A stretch of 25,118 nucleotides of DNA. It comes from a virus (lineage: Duplodnaviria; Caudoviricetes). Under the pieces are notes generated by a model. The model did not search any database, was not told where the DNA came from, and was given only the letters and a program-made list of their open reading frames with translations. The translations under genes and the position numbers were made by a program. The DNA is taken from the IMG/VR virus record IMGVR_UViG_3300025300_000090, positions 1 to 25,118 of that record. One strand, given 5' to 3'. Below, piece by piece: positions 8,329 through 17,466 of the stretch (positions are counted from its first letter, which is position 1; each line of letters starts with the position of its first letter).

Positions 8329-11190
8329 TTAATCCTCTTCCTCTTCACGAGTATGCGGGTATACGTATTTTTCTTTTAATCTTTCCAGTTCTTCTGGAGA
8401 CATGCGTTCCAACCATCGTTCTGCTGTTCTAGATCGCCTCTCCATGTAGTCAAGGTGCTTCATCCCTGCCCATATGCCTAAATCTTTTCCTTTGTCAGTT
8501 ATGTATGTTCCCACAGACTCTGCGACAGTCTTGCGAGTTCTTGGCTTATCTTTCCACTTTACAAGATCAACTATCTCTGCCATGGTCCAAGGGTTGTTGG
8601 TTTTCGGATTGTTTCGGTTCATTGGAGTCGTGCCGTCTCTGTCCTGCATTTTTAGTTGGTAGAGAGAGCCTCCATTTGTTCCATCCTCATACGGAAAGAA
8701 CCCAATAATCTCGATGTCCACATCTTCGGTTCCTGAGAACCACTTTGGAGCAGCAGTTCTAAGAACGTCTTCGGCTGCTTCCAGTGCTTCAGGTACAGTA
8801 ATATCTCTTTCGCTAGTTTTATTCATACTAAACCAGTTGCTCCTGACTCGCTGGTAAAAGGATAATGCTGTGGCTTCAAAAGTCCACTCATTTACATCCC
8901 CCCCTGTAAGGTAATCAACTGTATGTGCAATGTCGACAAATAACTTAGGAACTTCTGAGGCTACTGCAACTGCTGCGCGACCTGCTAATACTGGCCCTCC
9001 CAGTCCCAGTAGGTTTAGTCCGGGTTCCAGAAGCCTCGATCCAATGGGGTAATCCAGAACTTGTGGAATCTCATTAGAAAGATGATGATCCTTGTCTAGT
9101 TTAAGGTATCCCGTCATCGTTTCTTCTGTCATGTCTTGTCTATCGACCTTAATTCCGTTGTGCAGTGTGAACATTCGTTCTTCTCGTGCTTCCAGTGCTT
9201 TGCCTATCGACTGCTCCATGTCCAAATCTGTTAGCCACATCAGACCCTTAGCAACCATTCTAACTTCTTCTACAGCAGTTGTATTTAATCTATGGACACT
9301 TTCATCAGGAAAATAGGAAGCCCACGAAGTCTGAAAGGTCTCTTCAAATCCGAGTAGTGGAGGATGGGCTTTTCCTGCGGTCCCACCCAGTACATTGAGT
9401 AAACTTCCAGTATCTGTAGTACCTAGCACTTCCTGTAGTGTTTCATCGTTCTGTAAAACATATGCTAGTTCATAAAAAGGTTTCATGTCACCAGACACAT
9501 GATTATTGATCCAATTAAAACCTCCTATTCCTCGTCCTGCCGAGTAAGCGGCGAAGGCTTCTTTAGCCGTGTGTACGTCTTTGTCAGTAAAGATATGATC
9601 CACGTCTGCCAACTCTGCCATATTGAACGTGGCACTCAGTACCTGCTGAACCCTTGGAGCCGCCACCCCCAGTTCTGCGGAAGCACCAACGTGTGCTAAT
9701 ATGTTTCCCCTGCCATACGTTACTTCGCTGGCTTCAACTGCTCTTCTAAATACTACACCCCTAGCGTTTTTAATAGAAGTAGTTAGATTTATCGGCTTTG
9801 TTGTGTTCCCATTGCTATAAGTAATCGTATTGCCGCTTAGAGTTGCTGTTCCCCCATCTCCAAATTCTTCAACACTACCCTCTGTGAATCCTCCATGCAT
9901 CTCAAGAATCATGGTAGTTAATTCTGCATCAGTAAACCTGTTTCTTTTTTGTCTCTCTATTTCAAAAGGAATTCCCGGCCACTCGCCTGCTCCCTCTAAA
10001 ACCCCCACTGCTAGGTCTGTAAACATTTCTTCCATGCCGCCTACTCGTGCATTAAAGATAGCGTCTGCTTTTCTCTGTCGTAGAGTATTCTGATATCTTT
10101 CAATGTCGTCCTTTTTATCGGAATACAAGTCGAAGAGTTTTCCCTTCTTTCCTACTAAATTCTTTCTGTCATCCTTGGGACCTGTTTTTAGGGAATCTAT
10201 AACAGAGGAAAATAACTCGCTATGCTCTAATTCAAGGGCATTTAATGCTCCGTGGATTAGTTTTTCCCCAAGCAGTTCTCCTGCTACGTTTGTAAGAGGA
10301 CCTCCATACTGCGAATCCAGAAGGTTAGTAAGGTTTTCTTTTAGAAATTCTAGTTTCCTTTCCCTAAGGTCCTCTGGAGATTCTTTTGTCCAACCTTCTA
10401 TACGCGCTAATAGAGGAGGCGGACCTTCGGTCATATTCATAGTAACCTCAGGTTCCATTTCTGCCGCCGAAAGCACAGCATTTTGCACGTCAATCTTAAA
10501 AGCGTTCGTCGTCTGTTCAAAGTATTTCTCACTGATGTACTTTTCGTGTTTCTTTTTTGTCCTCGCTCTAAGGGGGGATGAGGCTAACAGTAGTTCTCTT
10601 TCAAATACATCAGGCCTTGCAATTCTTGAAGAGATTTCTCTAGCCTTCGCTTTGAGTCCGTCATCATACTCTTGCATCATCTTAGCGTGATCGAGAATGT
10701 TAGGGTTGCTTGCTTGTCGCCTTGGTGTATCAATTTCCCAATCTGAATCATGTTCCTCTGCCGTAATCCTAGACATAGCCGCCGAGAATGCTTTAATTGC
10801 TGCTGGATGTTGAAAGAAAGGAATAGCATCCGCATCATGCATATCAGCAAAAGTCTTGCCAGTTTTATCCATCTCCGCTTTTAAGACTTTGAGTTCTTCT
10901 GCTCCATATTGAGCCATCTTTAGAGAACCTAGTGCTTCTGCTTTAGCAAGTTGACCAAGAGTTTGTGACAGCCCTCCAAGTGCTTTTCCCATAGCGTCCC
11001 AATCTCTAGCGTCTTGCTGAGAAAGTTCTACTGGAAGAGGAGCAGCAGTAGGAGCCTGTGGCATTCCTGCTGCGCCTGGAGGGGTGAAGACATCTACTCC
11101 CTGCGCTTGAACAACAGGGGCGGCTCCACTATCCACGGGATCGGAGGTTAGTCCCCCCGGTCTTACTGAAGGTCGTTTTCTTCTAGCCAT
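8329..11190 (-). CDS. gp15: Internal virion protein C (gp15-like)
   Basis: 953 aa helical-looking protein between gp14-like and gp16-like genes; Pro-rich N-terminus then an amphipathic MGKALGGLSQTL helix; call rests mostly on synteny. Confidence 0.7.
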   Translation of the reverse strand: MARRKRPSVRPGGLTSDPVDSGAAPVVQAQGVDVFTPPGAAGMPQAPTAAPLPVELSQQDARDWDAMGKALGGLSQTLGQLAKAEALGSLKMAQYGAEELKVLKAEMDKTGKTFADMHDADAIPFFQHPAAIKAFSAAMSRITAEEHDSDWEIDTPRRQASNPNILDHAKMMQEYDDGLKAKAREISSRIARPDVFERELLLASSPLRARTKKKHEKYISEKYFEQTTNAFKIDVQNAVLSAAEMEPEVTMNMTEGPPPLLARIEGWTKESPEDLRERKLEFLKENLTNLLDSQYGGPLTNVAGELLGEKLIHGALNALELEHSELFSSVIDSLKTGPKDDRKNLVGKKGKLFDLYSDKKDDIERYQNTLRQRKADAIFNARVGGMEEMFTDLAVGVLEGAGEWPGIPFEIERQKRNRFTDAELTTMILEMHGGFTEGSVEEFGDGGTATLSGNTITYSNGNTTKPINLTTSIKNARGVVFRRAVEASEVTYGRGNILAHVGASAELGVAAPRVQQVLSATFNMAELADVDHIFTDKDVHTAKEAFAAYSAGRGIGGFNWINNHVSGDMKPFYELAYVLQNDETLQEVLGTTDTGSLLNVLGGTAGKAHPPLLGFEETFQTSWASYFPDESVHRLNTTAVEEVRMVAKGLMWLTDLDMEQSIGKALEAREERMFTLHNGIKVDRQDMTEETMTGYLKLDKDHHLSNEIPQVLDYPIGSRLLEPGLNLLGLGGPVLAGRAAVAVASEVPKLFVDIAHTVDYLTGGDVNEWTFEATALSFYQRVRSNWFSMNKTSERDITVPEALEAAEDVLRTAAPKWFSGTEDVDIEIIGFFPYEDGTNGGSLYQLKMQDRDGTTPMNRNNPKTNNPWTMAEIVDLVKWKDKPRTRKTVAESVGTYITDKGKDLGIWAGMKHLDYMERRSRTAERWLERMSPEELERLKEKYVYPHTREEEED

Positions 11191-11210
11191 TGTTTATCAC
11201 CTTATACATC

Positions 11211-11942
11211 TTATTCATTTGCGCCTCCACCTGTCCAATTCCAGAAGTTCTCAAAACTACTACCTCCCCAGTTGGCATCATAGTCCGCAGGAGACATGGT
11301 CTGAGCATCTACGCCCTGCTGCCATGCTGCTGCTCCCACTGCGGCACTGCCGCCTTGAACAAAGTAAGGAAGCATAGATGGGGACTGGACTTGCATTGTG
11401 GGTTGTACTGGGTCTAATGGAGCCAGTGGTGCAGGCATTGCTGCATTTATTCTACCTTGAGCCTGTGCTTGTATACCTAACAAGTTTCTTTGTGACTGCT
11501 TTAGTCCGTTACGGAGATTCTCAAATGAGACGTAGGTATGCCGAGCCTCTAGGAGTTCATACTGCTGTTGAGCGAGGGCTACAGATACTCCTTGAGTTCC
11601 TGTTTCAGAAGCCGAAGCAAGAACGAATGCACTTCCTCTTTGAGCAGCCCTTGAAGCCTTCGCTATGTTATGGAGAGTCTGTTCTCTTACTTGATCCACT
11701 CGTTCCAGCACTGTTGAATACTGACCCTGCGCACTCTCTTCGGCACTAAATGCTGTTTTGTAGTAGTTATCTGCTTGCCAGTCCGCAAGTTCCTGTTGAT
11801 AATCCACCATCTGTTGATACCGTTCGGCTCTCCAGATAGACAGTTGTCGGTTGTATGCTCCTTGGCTTCTGGCTTGGCGTTGTGCTGCCATACCCTGCGC
11901 TCCTGCTGAAGCGGCACCCATTACAGCCATAGGACTACACAT
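11211..11942 (-). CDS. gp14: Internal virion protein B (gp14-like)
   Basis: 243 aa; Met-Cys start with Ala/Gly-rich N-terminus, Gln/Ala coiled coil, ASETGTQGVSV motif; follows gp13. Confidence 0.8.
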   Translation of the reverse strand: MCSPMAVMGAASAGAQGMAAQRQARSQGAYNRQLSIWRAERYQQMVDYQQELADWQADNYYKTAFSAEESAQGQYSTVLERVDQVREQTLHNIAKASRAAQRGSAFVLASASETGTQGVSVALAQQQYELLEARHTYVSFENLRNGLKQSQRNLLGIQAQAQGRINAAMPAPLAPLDPVQPTMQVQSPSMLPYFVQGGSAAVGAAAWQQGVDAQTMSPADYDANWGGSSFENFWNWTGGGANE

Positions 11943-11945
11943 AAT

Positions 11946-12416
11946 TTAACCCTTTATCTTTGCAAACTCGTAGAAAGGTCTCTTTTCAGGACCGTAAATT
12001 ATTTCACTAACAAAAGAAAAACCAAGCCACTTCATCCATTTGATATGAACGGTATTTCTTTTGTCCACAATATTACACACCATGTCGTAAGGCTCTACTA
12101 GAACAGGTAAGAACCTCTTGCTCTTCTTCAAGAAACTAATAGGAATATCCGTAGTTATTCGATCTGTTCCAAGGAGCCAGATGAACCCGATCTGCGGAGT
12201 CTCAGCGTGGGGAGTCACTCCAAACATAGTTACAGGCACTCCATGGTTATACCCTGAGTAACAATTAGGTTTTGAATGCTCAAACCCATGAGTGAGAGCC
12301 ATACGCGGATCAGGAACACCTAGAGCCTGTATCTCCATGAGATCAGCCTCTCGCATGTTCTCTGCAATATACGAGATATCTTCTTCTATCGAAATGTCAA
12401 TACTGGTGTGTGTCAA
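11946..12416 (-). CDS. gp13: Internal virion protein A / GNAT-fold protein (gp13-like)
   Basis: 156 aa; NMREADLMEI, IWLLGT, NIVDKRNTVHIKWMKWLGF and FYEF motifs typical of gp13-like proteins; TTG start overlaps the gp12 stop. Confidence 0.85.
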   Translation of the reverse strand: MTHTSIDISIEEDISYIAENMREADLMEIQALGVPDPRMALTHGFEHSKPNCYSGYNHGVPVTMFGVTPHAETPQIGFIWLLGTDRITTDIPISFLKKSKRFLPVLVEPYDMVCNIVDKRNTVHIKWMKWLGFSFVSEIIYGPEKRPFYEFAKIKG

Positions 12417-15316
12417 GCGAACCTTGGTTGAGAGCGAGATACGAAGTTCGCTTCAAACTCTATTGATTGTATATTGCTAGGCAGAGGAGAATCATTAAGT
12501 ATCTCTATTTTAACTGCATCAGATTGAGAGAAGACAGGAAACCTGAAGTCTCCTGAGTCACTCACTACCTGACCAAGGAATCCTCCTGTAGACAAGAACC
12601 TACCGCTGTAGGGATAATCAATGGGAGTTCCATCGCTGCCCCCTACTTCAGGGGTGATTCTTACTGAGAAGTATGCAGTATCGGAGTAAACCACGGTCAT
12701 GTACCTTATCTGATGCCTACCAACTGCGATGATTTCATACCCGCCGTCAGGCTTCTGCCTTTTGAGAACGGGCTTGCTCAGTTGATACTTCATAGTATAC
12801 GGTATTCCAACATAGAACATGTCAGAAGCCGCAAATTCTTCATAAAGAGTGATGGTATTTGTGGTCTGTGACTGAATAGTCATCACCTCACCGTCCTCAG
12901 AGACTACTTGCATCGTATCTCCGCTTTCTATGTCATAAGGCAACTCCAGCACGAAGCCAGATTCCTCGGCTGTTATAGATGTTCGCCGATCTAAGTGCGT
13001 GGTGTACGCTTTTCCTGTATCTGTGAGTCCTGTTTGCAAGTCCATCTTCTCAAGGAAAGTCTTACTTCCTCGCTTTAGTATCAAATACAAGGACTGTCCG
13101 ATGAAATGCAGGTTAATGATCTCACAACCAGTGAGAATAAACTTAAACCACGCAGATTGCACACGACCCTTCTCTGTTTTGTAATACTTATACATATAGA
13201 ATTCATTAGTAGCCGCACCACCAGAACGAGCCAGCACAGCCAGTAAGTCTTCGTGGGTAGATACCGTCATCTCCTCAACGATTCCCGGTATGTATTTTGG
13301 AACCTGTGCCGTGGATTCCACAGCATCGAAGTTAATATCGGTTTCAGTAGTCTTATAGAATTCACGTATGCCGCTAAATGACCCACGGTTGAATGGGAAG
13401 AACAAGGAACTACCCGCAGAGACGGGAGACACCTTTGTAGTAACGTCCCAGTTAGTCACCTGTGTGATTGAGGCAGTCATTGGGCTTAGGATGGCTTCTC
13501 CTTGGAGAGCAAACTGAGTCCTCTCAGAGAACAGTATGAGCCTGTCGCTGAACGGTATAGCCTTTTCTATCTTATTGATCTCTGTTCCACCCACACCAAC
13601 ATCAATAGGTGCTATGTCTAGCAACTGTGTTGTAGTGGTTCGGAAGAAGTTAAAGAGTTCTGCGGCTTCGCTTAAAGCACAATTCTCTCCACTCATGATC
13701 GCTAGTCTGTTCTTGAAGAATGAGATGTCGTTAATAGTGTTATCAACAAAGGAAGGTGCTGGATTAGTGAGGTCTGAACCCGCTTCCCTTGGGATGAACT
13801 TAAATGAAGCATAATTACCACCCACAGGAACATTAGAACTGGGAGTAGTCCCATCGGCTCGTTTAACCATGAAGGTTCCATCGGCCTGTCTAATGATTAT
13901 ATGGGGAAGTGTGTCATAATCCCATTGATATTTGATGGCAGGACCAATGGTCTCTATCCACAAGCCTTCTCCAAAGTCCGCACCACCGTCTCCATTGACT
14001 TCAAACTTAACATAGTAGTCGTCTACTTCAGATTCAGGATCACCTTTTACCAAGACAATCATGCCATTCTTAGCAATAGGAGGAAGATCAGCGAACTTAC
14101 CAACGCTTCCTTTGATTATCTTGTGTCCGTTTTGTCCTAGAGAGTCTTCTACAGTGAGTTGGAAGTCTTCTGCGGTGTTCGTAACAAACACAACACTACC
14201 GCTGGACTCTGCTGTGTAGTTGGCTATTCCATTAAGTCCACTTGCAGTGACTGCACAGTCTGTTACAGCGGTTCCTAAGGCTAGTCCTGCTGCAATAGCA
14301 GTTGTAGAAGGAGAGCCGGGAGGGAAGCCGTAGATATTAGGATCACCCGTAGAACCATCTCCCCCCAAGTCATCAGGGGCAGGGGTATGTACTACAGATA
14401 TTTCTGTATCTGACTCCGCACTATCTGCTCTTACTACGGCTTTGTAGGCAATTCCCTGACTAGACGAGCGTACCCAAATAAGCCCATCGTAGGGAGTCGC
14501 CGATTGACTCCTTGAATGGGGGGAGAGTTGAGTTACATCTTCTTTCATCCTTGCTTTAACATTTGTATTCACAAGGAAGGTAACGTCAGCAATAGTAATT
14601 GCTTTTAGAGCCGAAGTGTCTGGGTCAGCCCCTCCACTGAAATTTGAAGAAGAGACATTCGCACCAAGGTTGTTTGTTATTGGCTTGTCACCTGAAACTC
14701 CAACGACTGCCTGAGTCAACTTGAGAGTATCAACGCCATCGCTGGATACTAGGATCGCACCGTTGTGTCCTTCTCCTGATGTGTGTTCAATACAGTCTTG
14801 AAGAGAGGCTATTGTTGCAGCCACGGTTCCATTAGCCACAAACTCACCGTCTGCTAGAGTTTCGCCTGTTTTAGCCGTGTATGTTTTCGCTGTGCCACCT
14901 GTAGAAGTTATAACTATAGTCTGGTCTGCCGTGGGCAAACCGCTGAACGTGATAGTTGCAGTGGACCCTGCGCCTGCTTGAAGGTATGTACTGTCTCCTA
15001 AGTCTGAATAGACAGTCTTTGCGGCTCCTGTTAAGTCATTCACATAAACTGTATTAGTAGTACCCGGAAGAGATACAATGAATTCTTCTTCAGAGTCTCT
15101 TGTGACGAAGTGTGTGAAAGCACCACTAAGGTCTATGGATGCTGCTGAAGAGTCTTTGAGTTCTAAAATGTGATTCGTAGGAGGACGCTTGATTAAGCCA
15201 CCAACAAGTAGAGGTACGGCGTTCTCTTGAACCTCGCACTGATTTGGAAGTCGCTGTGCTGAGGGCTGTTGAGATACACCTCCTACAAGATTAGGAAAAC
15301 TGGTGGTAACTAGCAT
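12413..15316 (-). CDS. gp12: Tail tubular protein B (nozzle)
   Basis: 967 aa; NLVGGVSQQP, GLIKRPP, TIADVTFLVN, NPAPSFV, FFKNRL, FNFFRTT and QSAWFKF motifs. Confidence 0.95.
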   Translation of the reverse strand: MLVTTSFPNLVGGVSQQPSAQRLPNQCEVQENAVPLLVGGLIKRPPTNHILELKDSSAASIDLSGAFTHFVTRDSEEEFIVSLPGTTNTVYVNDLTGAAKTVYSDLGDSTYLQAGAGSTATITFSGLPTADQTIVITSTGGTAKTYTAKTGETLADGEFVANGTVAATIASLQDCIEHTSGEGHNGAILVSSDGVDTLKLTQAVVGVSGDKPITNNLGANVSSSNFSGGADPDTSALKAITIADVTFLVNTNVKARMKEDVTQLSPHSRSQSATPYDGLIWVRSSSQGIAYKAVVRADSAESDTEISVVHTPAPDDLGGDGSTGDPNIYGFPPGSPSTTAIAAGLALGTAVTDCAVTASGLNGIANYTAESSGSVVFVTNTAEDFQLTVEDSLGQNGHKIIKGSVGKFADLPPIAKNGMIVLVKGDPESEVDDYYVKFEVNGDGGADFGEGLWIETIGPAIKYQWDYDTLPHIIIRQADGTFMVKRADGTTPSSNVPVGGNYASFKFIPREAGSDLTNPAPSFVDNTINDISFFKNRLAIMSGENCALSEAAELFNFFRTTTTQLLDIAPIDVGVGGTEINKIEKAIPFSDRLILFSERTQFALQGEAILSPMTASITQVTNWDVTTKVSPVSAGSSLFFPFNRGSFSGIREFYKTTETDINFDAVESTAQVPKYIPGIVEEMTVSTHEDLLAVLARSGGAATNEFYMYKYYKTEKGRVQSAWFKFILTGCEIINLHFIGQSLYLILKRGSKTFLEKMDLQTGLTDTGKAYTTHLDRRTSITAEESGFVLELPYDIESGDTMQVVSEDGEVMTIQSQTTNTITLYEEFAASDMFYVGIPYTMKYQLSKPVLKRQKPDGGYEIIAVGRHQIRYMTVVYSDTAYFSVRITPEVGGSDGTPIDYPYSGRFLSTGGFLGQVVSDSGDFRFPVFSQSDAVKIEILNDSPLPSNIQSIEFEANFVSRSQPRFA

Positions 15317-15945
15317 TAAGTGATTCCTCGTGATGCGTCTGCTCTATTCACTATGCGGTATGTGTCATAGTTTGCAAATATAGAATGGTCAGCCGTGTCT
15401 CCTTCAAACTCTTTGAGTAGAGCCAAGGCACGAACCTCGTCTTCTTGGCTGAATGCGTGGTGTGCTTGAGACCCTACCATTCGATCTTGAAAGATTCTTG
15501 CTGCCCTTACTGTGGTATATCTACGGGCTGGCTCTGGAAGGTCATCCCAGTCCAGCATGTACACTACACCCGCTTCCACATCTTTAGTGAACAGGTAGGT
15601 GTTGTCGGTTTTGTTGAAAAGCCTGCCACCTCTTTGGGCTACATCTCTGGTGTCGTAAGACGAAGATGTACCTGAAGATTCCATCCAGTATTCAATGTCT
15701 ATACGAAGTACGCTGTCTGGAAGATTGATGAATTTTGTAGAATCATCAGGAGAAAAGGTGACTTTCTTTTGGGTGTTAAAGTGCCACCCGTGTGCCTGAA
15801 CTTCTCTACTGATTTCTGTAAGAATGTTACGAGAGATAGCCGCATCTGCATTCGATTGACCATCTAACGAGTTGATTGGAGGTTCACCTACGGCAGACAA
15901 CATAGTATTGATTGCCTCTAATTCAGTTGTTCTAGTTGATGCCAT
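15316..15945 (-). CDS. gp11: Tail tubular protein A (adaptor)
   Basis: 209 aa; TELEAINTMLSAVGEPPINSL, GWHFN, LPEPARRY..RAARIFQ; follows the capsid terminator. Confidence 0.95.
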   Translation of the reverse strand: MASTRTTELEAINTMLSAVGEPPINSLDGQSNADAAISRNILTEISREVQAHGWHFNTQKKVTFSPDDSTKFINLPDSVLRIDIEYWMESSGTSSSYDTRDVAQRGGRLFNKTDNTYLFTKDVEAGVVYMLDWDDLPEPARRYTTVRAARIFQDRMVGSQAHHAFSQEDEVRALALLKEFEGDTADHSIFANYDTYRIVNRADASRGIT

Positions 15946-15965
15946 TTATAATTCTCCAATAATAG

Positions 15966-16001
15966 AAAAAAGGAGCGACCCCTCCGAAGAGGAGCCGCCC
16001 C
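15966..16001 (-). terminator. Intrinsic terminator after the major capsid gene (T-phi position)
   Basis: Minus strand GGGGCGGCTCCTC-TTCG-GAGGGGTCGCTCC-TTTTTT: 13-bp stem with G-U pairs, C(UUCG)G tetraloop, U6 tract. Confidence 0.92.
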
Positions 16002-16046
16002 AGGGGAGACTCACTGTGATGAGTATAACCTAAATACTACTTAAGG

Positions 16047-17168
16047 TCAAGTCTCGTTACTGAATGAGTAACAACACTCTTCACGAAGCACGCCATGGCC
16101 CATAGCGTAACGAGCCATTAGCATCGTTCCGAGACGTTCCATGTAATATTCGGATTCCATTGCAAGGTCTAGCAACTTCACAGTGCCGAGGCCTTCTGTT
16201 TGGAAACCAATACCAATGCATTGACTAAAATCGTATCCGCCGTAGCCTACGCCTGCTCCTGCAAACGGGTCGTTGTTGACGGACGTACTATTGTGAACAT
16301 TTGTAGCAGAAGATTCGTCTGTCTGAGGAATGTGGTTGCTCTTAAGAATACGAACACCTGCAACCGAGACGATGTTACCAGCAGCAACGGAGCCGTTACC
16401 TTCGGGGTTATAATCACGATTGATTGCATCTGTATTTTCAGCAATCAACTTATAATACTCGTCAGGAGGAAGAATTGCTATACGGCCTTCAGACGGGACG
16501 CTTTTCAGGTCCATGAGTTCTGCCATCTTAAAGAGAGATGAAACCCAATCTGCACCAGTAACTGTGCCACTGTTCCCTCCGCCACCAGAGACTTCGGTGA
16601 CTCCGTTAGCGTCGGCATCACTGCCGTCAACAAGAATTTTAGCACCAAGATATGCACTGGCAATCTGTTCTGCTGTGCTAGACGCAGAAGTACCAAATCG
16701 ATCTAAATTGGTCTCAGAAGCAGCAATACAAGTACGAATAAGGTTCTTGTCTGCTGTGTAGGCTAACTGTCGCCCAATTTCAGTCGAATAAATCGAACGA
16801 ACTTCATAGTGATTCTTTGCTTCGTCAATGTCAGCAATGAATGCAGATGAAGTTAGAACACCGTCGATAGCGATGGTTTTCTCTGAGTGATTGATGTTAG
16901 AAGCATAGGTATTCCCGGCTGATTGTTCATCAGCAAAGAGGCTATCGCCTGGTGTGTGGTATACAGCAGAAGCAACGCCTGTTACGGGAAACTGTGCAGT
17001 CTTCCCACTATTGATGGTTCGCACGCGGTGAAGCGGCATCATCAAGTTATTTTCCTCGAACGTGGTAAGTACCTCGCCGCTGAAAACCTTGAGGAACAAA
17101 TCCTCATTTCCTGCCGAACCGCCTGAATCAAGTCCTAAGCGGGACGGATCAACTCCTTCATAAGCCAT
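16047..17168 (-). CDS. gp10: Major capsid protein
   Basis: 373 aa; LFLKVFSGEVLTTF, RTINSGKTAQFP, IAIDGVL, YAMGHGVLR motifs; RBS TAAGGA. Confidence 0.97.
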   Translation of the reverse strand: MAYEGVDPSRLGLDSGGSAGNEDLFLKVFSGEVLTTFEENNLMMPLHRVRTINSGKTAQFPVTGVASAVYHTPGDSLFADEQSAGNTYASNINHSEKTIAIDGVLTSSAFIADIDEAKNHYEVRSIYSTEIGRQLAYTADKNLIRTCIAASETNLDRFGTSASSTAEQIASAYLGAKILVDGSDADANGVTEVSGGGGNSGTVTGADWVSSLFKMAELMDLKSVPSEGRIAILPPDEYYKLIAENTDAINRDYNPEGNGSVAAGNIVSVAGVRILKSNHIPQTDESSATNVHNSTSVNNDPFAGAGVGYGGYDFSQCIGIGFQTEGLGTVKLLDLAMESEYYMERLGTMLMARYAMGHGVLREECCYSFSNET

Positions 17169-17193
17169 TTTTAGATTCCTTATAAAATGTTTT

Positions 17194-17348
17194 GGCTAGA
17201 GTCACATTTGATGGTGAGTCTAGGTAACTAAGGAATCTCAGTTATCCATCGCAACGGGCTGGGTTCTGTAACCTCAACTCGCCATCGCATAGTGCTACCG
17301 CCCACCGTGAGCCGCAGCAAATAGACGTAACCCCGAAGAACGGGATTA
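17194..17348 (-). promoter_or_regulatory. Structured leader upstream of the capsid gene (three predicted stems); candidate cis-regulatory RNA or processing site
   Basis: Hand folding of the minus strand: hairpin 17328..17348, hairpin 17294..17318, long irregular stem 17210..17286 capped by CCGU-UGCG-AUGG. Confidence 0.6.
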
Positions 17349-17358
17349 AGCCCTAATA

Positions 17359-17466
17359 TTATCTTCCTAACATTGACTTAACACGGTCTGCCATCACCAC
17401 TCCCATTCCCCATCCAACACAGAAAACCAGAAGTGTCCACCAAATAGTGCCTAGAAAATCATCCAT
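17359..17466 (-). CDS. 35-aa single-pass membrane micro-protein (below the ORF-track cutoff)
   Basis: Hand translation MDDFLGTIWWTLLVFCVGWGMGVVMADRVKSMLGR*; start overlaps the upstream stop (ATGGATGA); AAGGA lies shortly upstream; acidic N-terminus, hydrophobic core, basic C-terminus. Confidence 0.75.
   Translation of the reverse strand: MDDFLGTIWWTLLVFCVGWGMGVVMADRVKSMLGR

Noticed and set aside
16008-16024. GACTCAC, the T7 promoter core, here on the plus strand and at about 17214..17220 on the minus strand
   Set aside because: Only 7-8 nt match, flanks do not fit a promoter consensus, one copy is antisense, and both sit in predicted hairpin arms.
16002-16060. gp10B-type frameshift or readthrough extension of the capsid
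   Set aside because: TGA is followed by CCT TAA in frame, no slippery site is evident, and the terminator follows within ~45 nt.
5130-16696. Short alternative-frame minus-strand ORFs (5130..5327, 11687..11917, 16247..16444, 16505..16696)
   Set aside because: Fully nested in gp16, gp14 or gp10 with no recognisable features.
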